Shown one piece after another: positions 13,201 through 27,040 of a DNA stretch of 64,000 bases. The stretch comes from Camelus dromedarius. Lineage: Eukaryota. Each line of letters begins with the position of its first letter. Position 1 is the stretch's first letter. Below the pieces are notes generated by a model. The model had not been told where the DNA came from. It searched no databases and saw only the letters and a list, made by a program, of their open reading frames with translations. Position numbers and translations under genes: made by a program. The DNA lies in NCBI RefSeq assembly GCF_036321535.1, contig NC_087436.1:88042001-88106000 (forward strand), written 5' to 3'.

Positions 13201-13815
13201 GGTGTTTATAGAGCTTTAGTCATAATTGCCAAAACTTGGAAGCAACCAAGATGTCCTTCAGTAGGTAAATGGACAAATAAACTGTGATACATCCAGACAA
13301 TGGAATATTATCCAGTCCTAAAATGAAATGAGTTATCAGATCATGAAAAGACATGGAAGAAACTTAATTGCCTATTACTAAGTGAAACAAGCCAGTCTGA
13401 AAAGGTTACATGCTGTATGATTCCAATCATATGACTTTCTGGAAAGGGAAAACTATGGAGACAGTAAAAAGATGAGTGATTGCTGGGGGTTGGGGAGGAG
13501 GAGGGATGAATAGCTGGAGCATAGAGGATTTTTAGGGCAGGGAAACTACCCTGTATAATACTATAGTAATGAATACATTTGTTCAGACCTATAGAATTTA
13601 CAACACAAAGAGTGAACCCTAATGTAAACTGCGGACATTGGGTGATAAAGATGTGTTGCTGTGGATTGATGAATTGTAACAGATATACTAGGGGATGTTA
13701 ATAATGGAAGAGGCTATGCATGTGTGGGAGCAGGAGGTATTTGGGAAATCTCGGTACCTTCCTCTCAATTTGGCTGTGAGCCTAAAATTGCTCTTAAAGT
13801 GTTTTGCAAAAAAAG
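13201..13815 (+). mobile_element. L1MC1/2-like 3' end
   Basis: tgtttata...gccaaaacttggaagcaaccaagatgtccttcagtaggtaaatgg...agagtgaaccctaatgtaaact...ctgtgagcctaaaattgctctt followed by an A-rich tail. Confidence 0.85.
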
Positions 13816-14667
13816 ATGAAAAAAATTCACATAAAATTTTGGAGCAGTATATGAATGAGTCATTCTTATTGCAGGGAGACTGTGGAAGAAAAGAAAATGA
13901 TGGTTCCAATAAAATGGCCTTAGTGTAATATTCTTGAAGATAAGTATAGTGATGCTTTTTTATGCAGATTACAGAGGCAGTGGATTGCCATGGTTTGATA
14001 TATAGGTCCTCGAATGGTTCATGGATAAAGTATTCCATTGGCTGCTTGTGAAGTCGGTATTTCATCTGCTAAGAGGCAGGGATAACTGGAAGGAAGATTT
14101 TTTAGGAGTCTACATAGACTGCTTTTAGGACCTGAACTTAAAATTTAGCTATGCAGAAAAAGGAAGTGAGGGTAACTTCTAGTAGTGATGGGTTTTGATG
14201 GCTAGACTAGATATGGAATATAGAGCAGAGGAAGGAATCGATAGCTCTAAAGTTTAGATCATTGAAATTTCACCCTTTGAAATCACTGATGATGAAAGGC
14301 AGAGAATTGATAGGGCACCAAGATATGTGGTTTGGGTCATGGACAGTGAGTAAAGTGAAGTGGCTGAAACCCTGAGAGAGAAATAGCTCATCAAGATATC
14401 TAATATGAATTGGGAGAACTATATATGACTTTTTAAAAATTAGGCTTTTGAATTATCTTATTGATCCTTCACTCTGCTTCCTAGAGCTTTGTACCTGACA
14501 CTCATTTAACTCTCTCTGAATTGCTTGATGGATATTACTTGTGGTATTAAATAAATAGGTTTTCTTGTTTATGGTGTTTTTGAAACTTTTTAATCATCAA
14601 AATTAGGTTTAAGTAAAATCATTGTGTAGAACCAACTGTTATGCTTTAGAAGAATAGTGGAAGTCAG

Positions 14668-14765
14668 CAGTGCTCCACCCTAGCTGCACAACAGAGTCAC
14701 GTTGGGGAGTTTTCAAAGACATACAGATGCTCGGGCCTCCCTCCAAAGATTTTGATTCTGATTTA
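14668..14765. mobile_element. MER5-like hAT-Charlie DNA transposon fragment
   Basis: gctgcacaacagagtcacgttggggagttttcaaagacatacagatgctcgggcctccctccaaagattttgattc resembles MER5A. Confidence 0.55.
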
Positions 14766-15877
14766 AGAAATTGCCAGAGAAGGCCAGCAAAGACCAACAT
14801 CAAGTCAGAAAACTTGACTTTGCCAGAATACTGAGAGTGGATATGAAATCTTTTTCAGGGGATGGAATCATAAACAGTCTGACAGAGACAAGTTTTTATG
14901 TTTGCCAATTTACTACTTTACGGTGAGAAATAACGCCAAGTGAATGAACGTTAATGCTGGAGCTGGCAGACCATTCTTTGCTCTCCTTGTGGGGTAGGTC
15001 ATACAAAGCTAAATTGTAATCAGGAAGTTGTATGGAGATCAAAAAATTTTATATTTGTGATGCTCTGCTATAGGGGCTAGAACATTCATCCTTTTGCCCA
15101 CCCTACTGAACTTTACATACATGGACATTACATTTCCATCAGTAATGTGTTAAGTGTCAGTTTCCCTATACCTTGCCAGCAAGATCCAATTATTCTTTTT
15201 AATATTTGCCACAATTTAATATTTGTGTATAGAATGAAAGTTCACTGCTAGTTTAATTTGCATTTTCTGGGCATTACAAACTTTTAGTATTTTTTTCACA
15301 TGTTTCTTGTCTTTTTAGATTGGTTCTTGTGTGAATTGTCTAATTATATCTTTTGCCAATTTTTCTCTGTTTTTTTTTTTTTGTTAACTTATAAGAGCTC
15401 TTTGAATATTTTATATTTTTGTTATCTACATTTTATTCTTTCCCTCCGACTTTGTCCTTTCTTATTTATGGTATCATTTGCCTTATAAATATTTAAAATT
15501 TTTATATGGTTGAATGCATTCGCCTTTTTTTTATAACTTTGGGCTTTCTGTCTTAGCTAAAGGTCTCCTCTCCTGGATTATACATGTTGACTTTGAATTT
15601 TTTTCTAAAACTTTAAAAACATTTTAACTTCATATCCATCTGTAATTTGTTTTTTGATATATTATATTTATTTTCCTCTAGGTGATTAGTGACATATTTC
15701 AGCATTATTACTAAATAAATCATCCCTTTCCTATGTTGAATTCTTATTCTTGGATTTTGGGGGGGTTCTCTAATTTTTTACATTAATCTTACATTCACTG
15801 AGTTGATTACTTTTACATTATGTTCTGATATAGTCATTTTATATTTTATATATATATTTTAACCCATTTTACTAAGA

Positions 15878-16722
15878 GTTTTTTTTTAATTGATGTATAG
15901 TTGATGTACAATATTATATAAGCTACAGGTATACAATATAGTGATTCACAATTTTTAAAGGTTATGCTCCATTTATAGTTATTATAGACTACTGGATATA
16001 TTCCCTGTATTGTACAATATATCCTTGTAGCTTATTTTATACATAATAGTTTGCACCTCTTAATTTCCTACCCCTATATTGTCCCTTCCTCTTCTTTCTC
16101 CCCACTGGTTACCACTGCTTTGTTCTCGGTATATCTGTGAGTCTTTTTTATTATATTCACTGGTTTCTTTTATTTTTTAGATTCCACATATAAGTGATAT
16201 CATATAATATTTATCTTTCTCTGCCTGACTTATTTTTAGCCTAATACCCTCCAAGTCTGTCCATGTTGTTGCAAATGGCAAAATTTCATTTTTAATGGCT
16301 GAGTAGTATTCCATTGTATATATGTATACCACATCTTCTTTATCCACTCATCTGTTGATTGACACTTAGGTTACTTCCATATCTTGGCAATTGTAAATAA
16401 TGCTGCTATGAACATTGGGGTGTATGTGTCTTTTCAAATTAGTGTTTTTGTTTTTGTTTTTGTTTTGGATATATACCCAGGGGTGGAATTTCTGGGTCAT
16501 ATGGTAGTTCTATTTTTAGTTTTTTTGAGAAACCTCTGTACTGTTTTTCACAGTAGCTATACCAGTTTACATCCCACCAAGAGTTTACAAGAGTTCCCTT
16601 TTTTCCACATCCTCCCCAGCATAAGTTATTTTTGTTTGATGATAATCATTCCAACAGGTTTGAAGTGATACCTCATTGTGGTTTTGATTTGCATTTCCCT
16701 GATGATTAGCAATATTGAGCAT
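15878..16722 (-). mobile_element. 5'-truncated cetartiodactyl-type L1 (3' UTR plus ORF2 end), nested in older L1ME-like sequence (~15100-17360)
   Basis: Poly-T then aattgatgtatagttgatgtacaatatt...agattccacatataagtgatatcata...tgatacctcattgtggttttgatttgcatttccctgatgattag. Confidence 0.85.
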
Positions 16723-18439
16723 TTTATATTACATTTTTATGTAATGTTTTGATTATAATTATAATCTGTTCTGATTATAATTCTCTTCTGATTTAGAAAA
16801 TATTATTTCTATTCTTTTTAAATAATTCTTTGAGCTGTTCTTGTATATTTATTCCTCCAAGTATACTCTAAGATAATTTTATCCAATACAACCTAAAAAA
16901 ATAGTATTGAAGTCTTGATTAGAATTATACTAATATATTAATTTTTTGAAAACTGACACTTGACAACAAGTGCCTCTTTTCTACAAATGTGTTCTTCTCT
17001 TTGTTCTGATCTTTTTTTATGTTCTTTAAAAAGTTCTTGTAGTTTCTTCTATATAAGTTCTATGCTTTTTAATTAAATTTATCTCAACCAATTTTATATT
17101 TGGGAATAGATTTTTATCCATTTTCATTTCTATGTGGTAAATCCTAGTTAGCATGGAAATTTCATGTCATCTTTTTCAATATTTGTAACAATGATCTCAT
17201 TTTCTTGTATTATTGTATTTACTTATATTACCCCATAACCTTGACGGTGTGGAATGATAAGCAAGAATCAGCATCTTCATTTAGTTTCTGTTTTAATTGA
17301 AATAGGTTTGATGTTTTGAAACCTATAAAATTTTTGCTGCTGGTGTTTGGTAAGTATTTTACTTGTTTCCTTTGTCTCTGGCTGCTGGATACCAGTAGAT
17401 GTGCAGTTACATTTCTTTGTTGACTAATTGTGGGCCATACAATACTACTTTAAAATGTAGTCCCACGTGTGATGGAAGAGAAAGCAGTCTGAGTCGCTGT
17501 AAGCCTCTCTTAATTAGCGACCAGTTAAGAAATTAAGAGGAAACCCCTTTGTTCTTGGTCTTCTCATATTGTCTCAGCCTAAGAGGTGTGGGGGACTCAG
17601 CCCACCTATTTTTAGACTCTGCTCGCCTTCTTAGCAGCCAAAGAAAAATGACCACATAACCATATGCACCTGTTACCTCCGCCAGATGCTGGGTCTAGGT
17701 ATGTTTGATGGATGAAACAACTGGGTATGTTTGCTGGAGGATTCTAGTGTTCATGTGTTCACTTTAGGGCTATCCTGTGCTGATACCCTGGCTCAAGTCT
17801 GGCCAGAGGAGAAGTTTGCCACAATAGATTTTTCATTGGCAGTGAATTTTTTATGGGCGGAAGAGTGGGGAATGAAAAAGAAAACAACTTTTTTATTGCT
17901 TCTGATACCATACGCATGGTTGAGATATAACTCAACTTGTTTATTTTCTGGAGAGGAAGCAAAAGTTTAGAGAGGTTATATAATTTAACTAAGATTATAA
18001 TGATACCAAGTAGCCAAGTCAAGTCAAGGCCTCTTCTGACTCCTAGGTCCATGCATATTTTAAAAATACCACATTATTTTGAAATTTTTAGAATAGTTTC
18101 TCAGCTGAACTTCTGAAGGTTCAAAAGAGTACAGGAAAATAATAATCTCAGGGAGACTCTGGCTGAGTGAATGATGGATTATTTAAATGATGGGTCATTT
18201 TTCTTCAGCTTTATAATAAGTGGTATTTCTGTAGCAGATTTTAAGTAAAAGACATTGGAAATATGCCAAATAGGTCATAGGACTTCTATGTTTAGAAACT
18301 CTTTTCAATGGGAATAATTTAGACTAGGATAAATAAACATTTTAAGGGCAGCTGTACAAAGAACAAGCAACTCTTAAGTTTTCTGTCCATTGAAATTCAT
18401 CCAGAAGCAAAAAGTTGGACTGAGTAGTGAGGAAGGTGA

Positions 18440-19050
18440 TTTCATTCACACAGAATAGACACTTAAAGTATTTAGGAATAGAATTAATAAGAATTAGGTA
18501 AATTCTTCTAGAAAGAAATGATATGTTTTTCTTTGGGTACGTGAAAGAAGACAAACTGGTGAGGGAATGCCAGGTTCTAGATGAGAAGTCTTAATTAAGA
18601 TGTCAGTTTTCTTCTAATTATTTTGTGAAGGTATGCATAAGCTTGGAAGTATAAGTGAATGACAATAGATGAGAAATTATTGAAGATAATGAGTAAACCA
18701 GGAGTATTTGTGCCAGCAGATAATAAAGCGTATTACCAAGCTACAATAATTTAAAGAGTGGTGCTGATACAGAAACTGATTGTTAATGAGCAGGATAGAA
18801 AGCATATTTGAGTATGAATTTAGTTTGTGATAGTGAATAAAATCAGTGACAAAATTAAACTAAAGGTACCCAGAAGAATTGATTAAATAGTGGGGAAAAA
18901 TAATGAAGTCTTTATTGTGTAACACCTGCAATAAATCCTAGTTGGACAGATTTAAGTGAAATAAATAAAACTAACTTAAAGAGTTATAAGAAAATATAAG
19001 TAAATATATACGTGATCAAAATGGGGAAGCCTTTTCTTTTTAGCCCATTT
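18440..19050 (+). mobile_element. Degenerate L1 ORF2 fragment
   Basis: aagtatttaggaatagaattaataag...tattaccaagctacaataatttaaagagtggtgctgatacag resembles L1 ORF2 (YLGI...[11 protein letters not shown]). Confidence 0.5.
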
Positions 19051-20434
19051 TATGTAAATGAATTTGAAGATGCAACCAAAATATTCTATTTGGGAAATAG
19101 TTATTCTCAGCAAAGAGTATGTTTAATAATATAGAGTTTTAAGAAGGAAAAAAACAAAAGGATATGTCTGGCATAAAAGAATAATATCTGGCAGTTCTGG
19201 AGGAAACAGTCACTGATCTGAAAGTTCTTAAACTGAGGACCAGAGTTCACATTCCATTCAAATGTGACAACTGACTTTAATTAGAAGTCAATTTCCTTAT
19301 CATAAATGAACAATAACTTGAAGTAGTGTTTTGGATCTAGTTCCTGCCAGGAATTTTACCAGCTGGTTGTTAAATTATTGGTGACTTGAAATCAGCCATG
19401 ATGGGAGATTTCCACAATGGAAATTAGCAAGTGGTGCAAACCAAGGACACTTTTTAATTTCTTTTTTTTTAAAGAGAGCCATTTACCAGCTTGTCAGTTG
19501 CAATAAGATTTGATTTGTTAGTATAAAAATATGCAAAATACCTTAATAAGTATTAAGTAATGCTTTGATTCCATCAGAAGTAAACAGTATCTGGTAAGAG
19601 ATTCCTTCATTTTTGAAGGAATTTTGAGGTATACCTTGCCTTATACAGCAAATTGTGTTTGTGCACTGAGGCCATCAAATGATGCTTTCATATTGTACCT
19701 CTCAACACGTACAACACACACATTACTTACATTTTCTTTATTCCTCTTAAGAAATAGTTGCTTTCAGATGCACAGTTTTCCTTTTGGTAGTTGAAAGGTA
19801 CACCCATCCAACTGGCCTCCCCAGAAGTTGAAGTTTTCTATTATTCCCGAATACTGATTTTGCTATCTTTATTTTTACTTTGAATTTGTCTACTGTATAA
19901 CCTGATTTGTGTTTTTGACATTTTCTTTCTCTGAGGTTGAGCCAAGTACATTATTGTTTTAAGCTTTAGCTTGAGCTGTTGTTTATTGTGACTCTTCCTT
20001 TTGGTTCTGGCTGATAAGAATAGAATAGACTTTTCTTTCTTTTTAAAAAAATTAATAGACTTTTGTAAAGAGCAGTGTCAAGTTTACAGAAGTTTGAGAA
20101 GGAAGTGCAGAGACTTCCCATGTACTCCCTTCTCCTGTCCTCCCTGAACCCCCCACCTCCCACCCTGGCTCCTGCTCCCCTACTGTTGACATTTTACATT
20201 AGTGTCGAACATTGGTTACAATTGATGAATGTACATAAATACAACATAATCACCCCAATCCATAATTTACAACATGGTCACTTTTGATGTGCATTCTATG
20301 GGTTTTAGCAAATATAAAATAACATATATCCATCATTACAATATCATTCTGAGTACCATCATGCCCCTAAAAATCCTCTTTGCTCCACCTATTTCTCCTT
20401 CCTTTCCTTCAAACCCTGGCAATCACTGATCTTT

Positions 20435-20525
20435 CTTTTTTTTTTGAATGGAGGTACTGTGGACTGAACTCAGGACCTGGACGATGCTAAGCACGCACTC
20501 TACCACAGAGCTACACCTACACCCC
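20435..20525 (-). mobile_element. tRNA-derived camelid SINE (Vic-1-like)
   Basis: Poly-T then gaatggaggtactgtggactgaactcaggacct...atgctaagcacgcactctaccacagagctac. Imperfect TSD cactgatcttt (20424) / cactcatcttt (20530). Confidence 0.8.
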
Positions 20526-21317
20526 TATACACTCATCTTTTTATTGTCTCCATAGTTTTGCCTTTTCTAGAATGTCAGACAGTTGGAATCATACAGTATA
20601 TGACTTTTTCAGACTGGCTTCTTTCACTTAGTAATATGCAATTAGGTTTCCTTCAAGTCTTTTCATGGCTAGATAATTCATTTCATTTTAGCACTGAATA
20701 ATATTTCAGTGTCTGGATGTACCACAGTTTGTTTATCCATTCACCTACTGAAGGACATGTTAGTTGCTTCCAAGTTTTGGCAATTATGAATAAAGCTGCT
20801 GTAAACATCTGTGTGCAGGTTTTTGTGTGGATGTTTTCATTTCCTTTGGATAAATACCAAAGAGCACAGTTGCTGTCTTGTGTGGTAAGAATATATTTAG
20901 TTTTGTAAGAAACCTTCAAACTGTCTTCCCTTTTACATACCCACCAGTGATGACTAAGAATTCCTGTTGTTCCACGTTCTCACCAGCACTTATTGTTGTC
21001 AGTGTTATGGGTTTTGGTTGTTCTAATAGCTGTAATGGTATTTTATTGTTGTCTTAATTTGCATTTTTCTGTAGACATATGATGTGGAGCATCTTTTCAT
21101 ATGCGTATTTGTCACCAATATGCCTTCTTTGGTGAAGAATGTAGTCAAATATTTTGCCCATTTTAAAATTAGATTGTTTATTTGCTTATTGAGTTTTAAG
21201 AATTATTTATATATATTGGATAACAGTTCTTTATCATATATGTGTTTTGGAAAGATTTTCTCCCAGTCCGTCTTTTCATGCTCTTAACTGTCTTTTGCAG
21301 AGCTGAAGTTACTAAAT

Positions 21318-21550
21318 TTTTTTGTTTTTACTTTATTTATTTTTTTATTGACGTATAGTCAGTTACAATGTGTAAATTTCTGGTGTACTGTGCAATGTCC
21401 TGGTCATGCATATACATACATATGTATTCATTTTCATATTCTTTTTCATTAAAGGTTATTATAAGGTACTGAATATAGTTCCCTGTGCTATGCAGAAGAA
21501 ATTTGTTTTTTCAAATATGTTTTAATATATAGTGGCTAACATGTACAAAT
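21318..21550 (-). mobile_element. Short 5'-truncated lineage-specific L1 3' end
   Basis: T-rich tail then attgacgtatagtcagttacaatgtg...gaatatagttccctgtgctat. Near-perfect TSD ctgaagttactaa (21303) / ctgaagttattaa (21551). Confidence 0.8.
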
Positions 21551-24500
21551 CTGAAGTTATTAATTTTAATAAAGCTCAGTTTATCAATTTTTCTTTCATG
21601 GATTTTGATTTTGGTGTTGGATCTATAAAGTCCTTGGCAAACCCAAGAACTCTTTGATTTTCTCCTTCTTATAGTGTGGAAATTTGTAGTTTTGCATTTT
21701 ACATTTAGATCTATTGATTTATTTTGAGTTAGTTTTTATAAAAGATGTAAGCTCTGTGCCTAGATTCTTATTTATTTGTGAGTTAATTTATGATTTATTT
21801 TGAATTAGTTTTTGTAAAAGGTATAGGTTGTTTCTAGATTTTTTTTTTTTTTTTTGCAATCATTTTTTTTCAGTCATTCCAGCACTGTTTTTTGAAAAGT
21901 CTCCTTTTTCTATGGATTGCCTTTGCTCCCCCGTCACAGATCATTTTCAGTTGACTGCATTTGTGCGGGTCTATTCCTGGGTTCTCTGTTCTGTTCCACT
22001 GATCTATTTATGGATTCTTTAACCAGTACCACACTGTCTTGATTACTGTAGCTTTAAAGTAAGTCTTGAAGTTGGGTAGTGTAAGTCCTCCAACTTTGTT
22101 CTCCTCCTTCAATGTTGTGTTGGCTATTCCAGGTCATTTGCCTCTTCACATAAACTTCAGAAGCAGTTTGTTGATAGCCACAAGTAACTTGCTAGGATAG
22201 GCTTGCTTTTTAAACTAAGAATTTTGCTTTTGCTTTTAAAATTCAGAGATATTTTTGACTTTTTTTCTTATTCAAAGACCATTTACCTTATACCTTTTCT
22301 TTCCTAGGTCATCATCAACATGTTTATTATTAGCCAATATAAGTAATAGTTATTATAATAGTAAGCAATTGTGTGGTATTTTGTTACCTTTCTGTATTAT
22401 ATAAATCTCTACATAAATGTGTGTGTGTAATACGCATGTCCATATATAAAGTTGTGACTACAGTGTAGTAACTTTTATCCCTAAAGACCTGTCCTTGGGG
22501 GTGAGGGTGCTGCAGGCAGCTTTCACAGACTCCACTGGGGTCTTTTTAAACTACATCCACCCACCCTTATCCTTCCCATCCATCATCTGAAACACCTCGG
22601 TCATTGAGAGTCACTGTGTATTTTGAGGGATGTTATGTTTAGAGTGTGGTGTGTAAGAATATAGTAGAGGCAGAAAAAGCTGAGACATATTGCTATAAAG
22701 TAGTGAAACCAAACATAAATCAGTTTAGGGGTTCTGTGTCTCTTCTCACTTGTCTGCTCCCTTTGATTGAATTTAAATTTATCCTGTAAGGGTGTAAGAG
22801 TCTTACAAGCATGAAAAAGATCATTGTTTTATGAAATATGCTAAGTATAGTACTATAGAGAGAGTCAGCCGTCTAAAAATAACTTATTTATTTTTCATTT
22901 GCATCTTATCGAAGAGAAAGAGTAGACATGCTCACTTTTAATTTTTTAATTTTATTTTAATTTTATATGTTGTTTGTTCAGGTCTTGATTTACTCTTTTT
23001 ATTATCAGTTAGAGTTTAATAGATTTATATTCCAAGGATGTTTACTATGACACTGGTTTTTCTACAAGTTGTAATTCAGTGCCTGAATTGTGTTCTTAAG
23101 AATTACACTCAACAACTATGTCTTTATTCTGTCATGGGCTTACATAAAATTTTCAAAAGATTTTAATAGCGTGTAGAGAAATAGTAATACTTAACCTGAT
23201 AAAATATTTAACTCAAGCAGTCAAGTGACATCAAGTTAATCTAGTTATGTGGAAACTAGCCTTCTCACCTTGCTTAGAGTAACCATTCCTTTTTCTTAAC
23301 TATTAGCAGAATATGAGAAAAATTCACATATCTTTACCAAAGGCGAACATTATAGTGAAATATATAATTGGAGGAAACTGCTTTGATAAGTGAAAATGTT
23401 ATCTAATTTTTATTTATTTTTAAAATGTTAGTAAGGTTAAATATTATTTTCATAGTTATTGGCTTCTTCTGTTTTATCTTTTGTAGCTTGTTTCTTCATG
23501 TCCTATGTCCAGTTTTCAGTTTGGGGGTGTGGGTCTTTTTCTAATGGATTTTATTAGAGCTTTGTGGATGGAGGTAAAAGAGATTAACTCTGAAAAAGTA
23601 ACTTTCATAAAAATTTGATGTTTTTAAACTTGAAGTATTTTTATTTTGGAAGACAATATAGATTATTTGGAAGATAAATCTTCATTTGGAAGATGAGTAC
23701 AGATTTCCCTAAAACTTTGGGCTTTATTGGCAAATTTCTTAAAATACGCAATTTTGATACCTAGGAATATTTGTTTATGCTTAATTTATGTTTATGCTTT
23801 TTAGGAAGTAGAAGACAGTAAGGGTGAGTTATTTGAGAGATCGTTTGAACTAAAATTTCTTCCTTTCTTTATTTCTTTGAGGAGACTTTAAAGGCTAAAA
23901 TGTCATTAAGTTTATACCTCATCAAAGTCTAGAATTCAAGTACCAAGGTCTAATATAGGCTTCTTGTTTAAAACATTTATTGTAAAGTTAAAGCCAAAGA
24001 AACTTTGTAACTCTCTTATGATCTTATGAAACTTAATTAAAGGAAAAGATATGTTTTGTATCTACCATGACAAATCAAAATCTTAAAAATGTTTCATCTT
24101 CATTTTTGTCTCTAAAATGTAAATTAAAATTCTAGAAACTATCTGAGTAGCTTTTTTTTTTTTTTTTTTTTTACTGTTTTATGATTCCTTAGGGTTATCC
24201 AACATGATGTGGATATAAAATATAGAGTATTCTTAATGATCCAAAATAAATTTTTTAAATTTAAGATCTGCTTTTCCCACAATGACATTTGTTAACACAT
24301 TCTCTCCTTTATAATACACAATGTTGGATCATGAAACAGAGTAAACAAACAAGTCATTGTTTAAAATAAATAGTGTGTACTGTGTTCAAAGGACTGTGAA
24401 TTTTTGTTTTGAATTGTTCTTATATAATTTTCATTCTAGAATACAATACATACTGTATTTTAATTTTATGGGATACAAAGATTTATTTTAGATGCAATAT

Positions 24501-25929
24501 TAACAGTTTATAATTTTCTTTATTATTGCTTTAAATATATAAGCATCACATGTGACTAATTTTTAATCTTAACCTTGGAGGAAAATATTCTGTGCAAAAA
24601 TAAGTAAATAAACGAAGATAATGAGTAGGACATGAAAGGAAGCCATTCTTTGGTATTTGGAAGTTCTGTCTTTCAAAGATATTTATTTTTTTTAATTTGT
24701 AGATTATTTTTCTGAAGTGACTGCTATAACGTGACTTTGTATTACTTTCTAGAATTTTCTTTTGGAGTTACCACAGTCACCTTTAGATATCTTGACATAT
24801 ACTATGTTTGGTATGTAGGCTTTTTTATTACTGTGGTTGTTGATAGAACAATTCCTTATATGTGAGAATGTTTGAGAATGTGTTTATTTAGAATAAATTT
24901 CTTGTCCTATGGTTACATACACACATGCACATGGACAGAAATTTCAGTGTTTGAAAAATTGTGTTCTGCTTCCTGTTTCAAGGAGGGCGTTGTTGATAGG
25001 ACAGCGTATTGGAAGGACAGTGTCTGGAGTTGATGTTGAGGAAGAGAAGTACATTCTGGAGGGTTCTCTGTGAATATTCTAGGCCAAAGGGGATGTTAAA
25101 AGTTGAAGTTAAAGAATGGGAAGTTCTGTATTATACAACAGCCTGGAGGATCGGGTGACTGGACTAAACTATAGATAAAACCCAGGCAGTCAAGAGAACA
25201 GAGCAGGTGAAGATAAACAGCAAGCACTGATGTGAGTTCTTTTTGGGCCACACTTGGTGCAATGTACTGTTTGCCAGGCTCAAAGTCATCCCTGTCTCTC
25301 CTTAGAGTGATTCCAAGAAAAGCCATATGAGTCATCATAAATTCCTTCCCCTCACCTCAATGTCAGGTCCACTAACATCTGACAAATCTCGAGTCCTCCT
25401 CCTCTGCTGTGCAGATTCCATTCTCTTAGCCCAAGCTGGGACCATCTCCCCTGGGTTCCCTCATGCTTCCCCAATTCTGCATTTGCCCCCTTCCAGTCCA
25501 TTCTCCAGAGCAGCCAAGAGGGTCTTTTAAAGAGAAGCCACATCCTGTCCCTCTCCAAGTTAATACTTATCATGAATTTTAATTACATTGAGAATAGAAT
25601 CTGATTTCCTTACAAACTTCTGAAACTTTGATCCTCACTAAGAGTTCTGACCTCATGTCACATTGCTCTCACCCCTGCTCCCTCTCTTGAGCTCTGGCTG
25701 CATGGGTCCTCCTTTTGTTTCTCATTCACACTCAACTTTGCACTTTCTTTGCCGGTGCTTTGCCTTGTTTCCTCTTTCTTCATCATTTAAATCTGAGTTC
25801 AAATGCAGTTTCTTCAGAGGAAGCCTTTCCTGAGCCTCTCCAGAGTAGTGTATTTCAACCTCTTAACTCCATTTGTGTTTCATTTATTCACGTTTTATTT
25901 CCTTCCTTGCACAGAACTTTGTTTAGAAT

Positions 25930-26508
<579 letters not shown>

Positions 26509-26594
26509 TAAATCTGAAATATTTTCTTGACTTGTGTTAACCAATATAATACAAGTTTTCCAAAGGAAATAATATACTTGAAAAAAATATTAAA

Positions 26595-27040
26595 GGAAGC
26601 CAATCTAAAAAAGCTACATAATGTATAATTCCAACTATATGACATTCTGGAAAAGGCAAAACTATGGAGACAGTGAAAGATCAGTGGTTGCTAGGGGTTG
26701 GGTGGGAGTAGAGGTGGGGTGAATAGGCAGACACAGAAGATTTTTAAGGCAGTGGAAATATCCTGTATGATACTACAGTGATGGATACATGTCATTATAC
26801 ATCTGTCCAAATCCATGGAATATACAAGGCCAGTTGTGAATCACAGTGCAGTCTGTAGACCGGGAGATTAGGATGTGTCAGTGTAGGTTCAGCAGTTACA
26901 ACAAATGCACCCCTCTGGTGCAGAATGTTAATAATGGGGGACACTGTGCATGTGTGGGCACAGGGGTATATGGCAAGTCTGCCTTCTGCTCATTTTTGCC
27001 ATGAACCTAAAACTGTTCCAAAAAATAATCTTAAAAAAAG
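26595..27040 (+). mobile_element. L1MC1/2-like 3' end
   Basis: attccaactatatgacattctggaaaaggcaaaactatggagacagtgaaagatcagtggttgctagggg, same family as 13201-13815. Confidence 0.85.

Larger units (their letters stand above)
20040..22200 (-). mobile_element. L1MC-like element (3' UTR plus ORF2 C-terminal part) hosting two younger insertions
   Basis: Minus ORF 20683-20919 (HTKTCTQMFTAALFIIAKTWKQLTCPSVGEWINKLWYI) is L1 ORF2 C-terminus. ccagtaccacactgtcttgattactgtagc at ~22025 is ORF2. Confidence 0.9.

Noticed and set aside
13688..14065. 125-aa minus-strand ORF
   Set aside because: Runs into an L1MC 3' UTR, with no homology or splice support.
14770..15050. Possible processed-pseudogene fragment
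   Set aside because: No recognisable protein in any frame. More likely decayed ERVL/MaLR-internal or unique intronic DNA.
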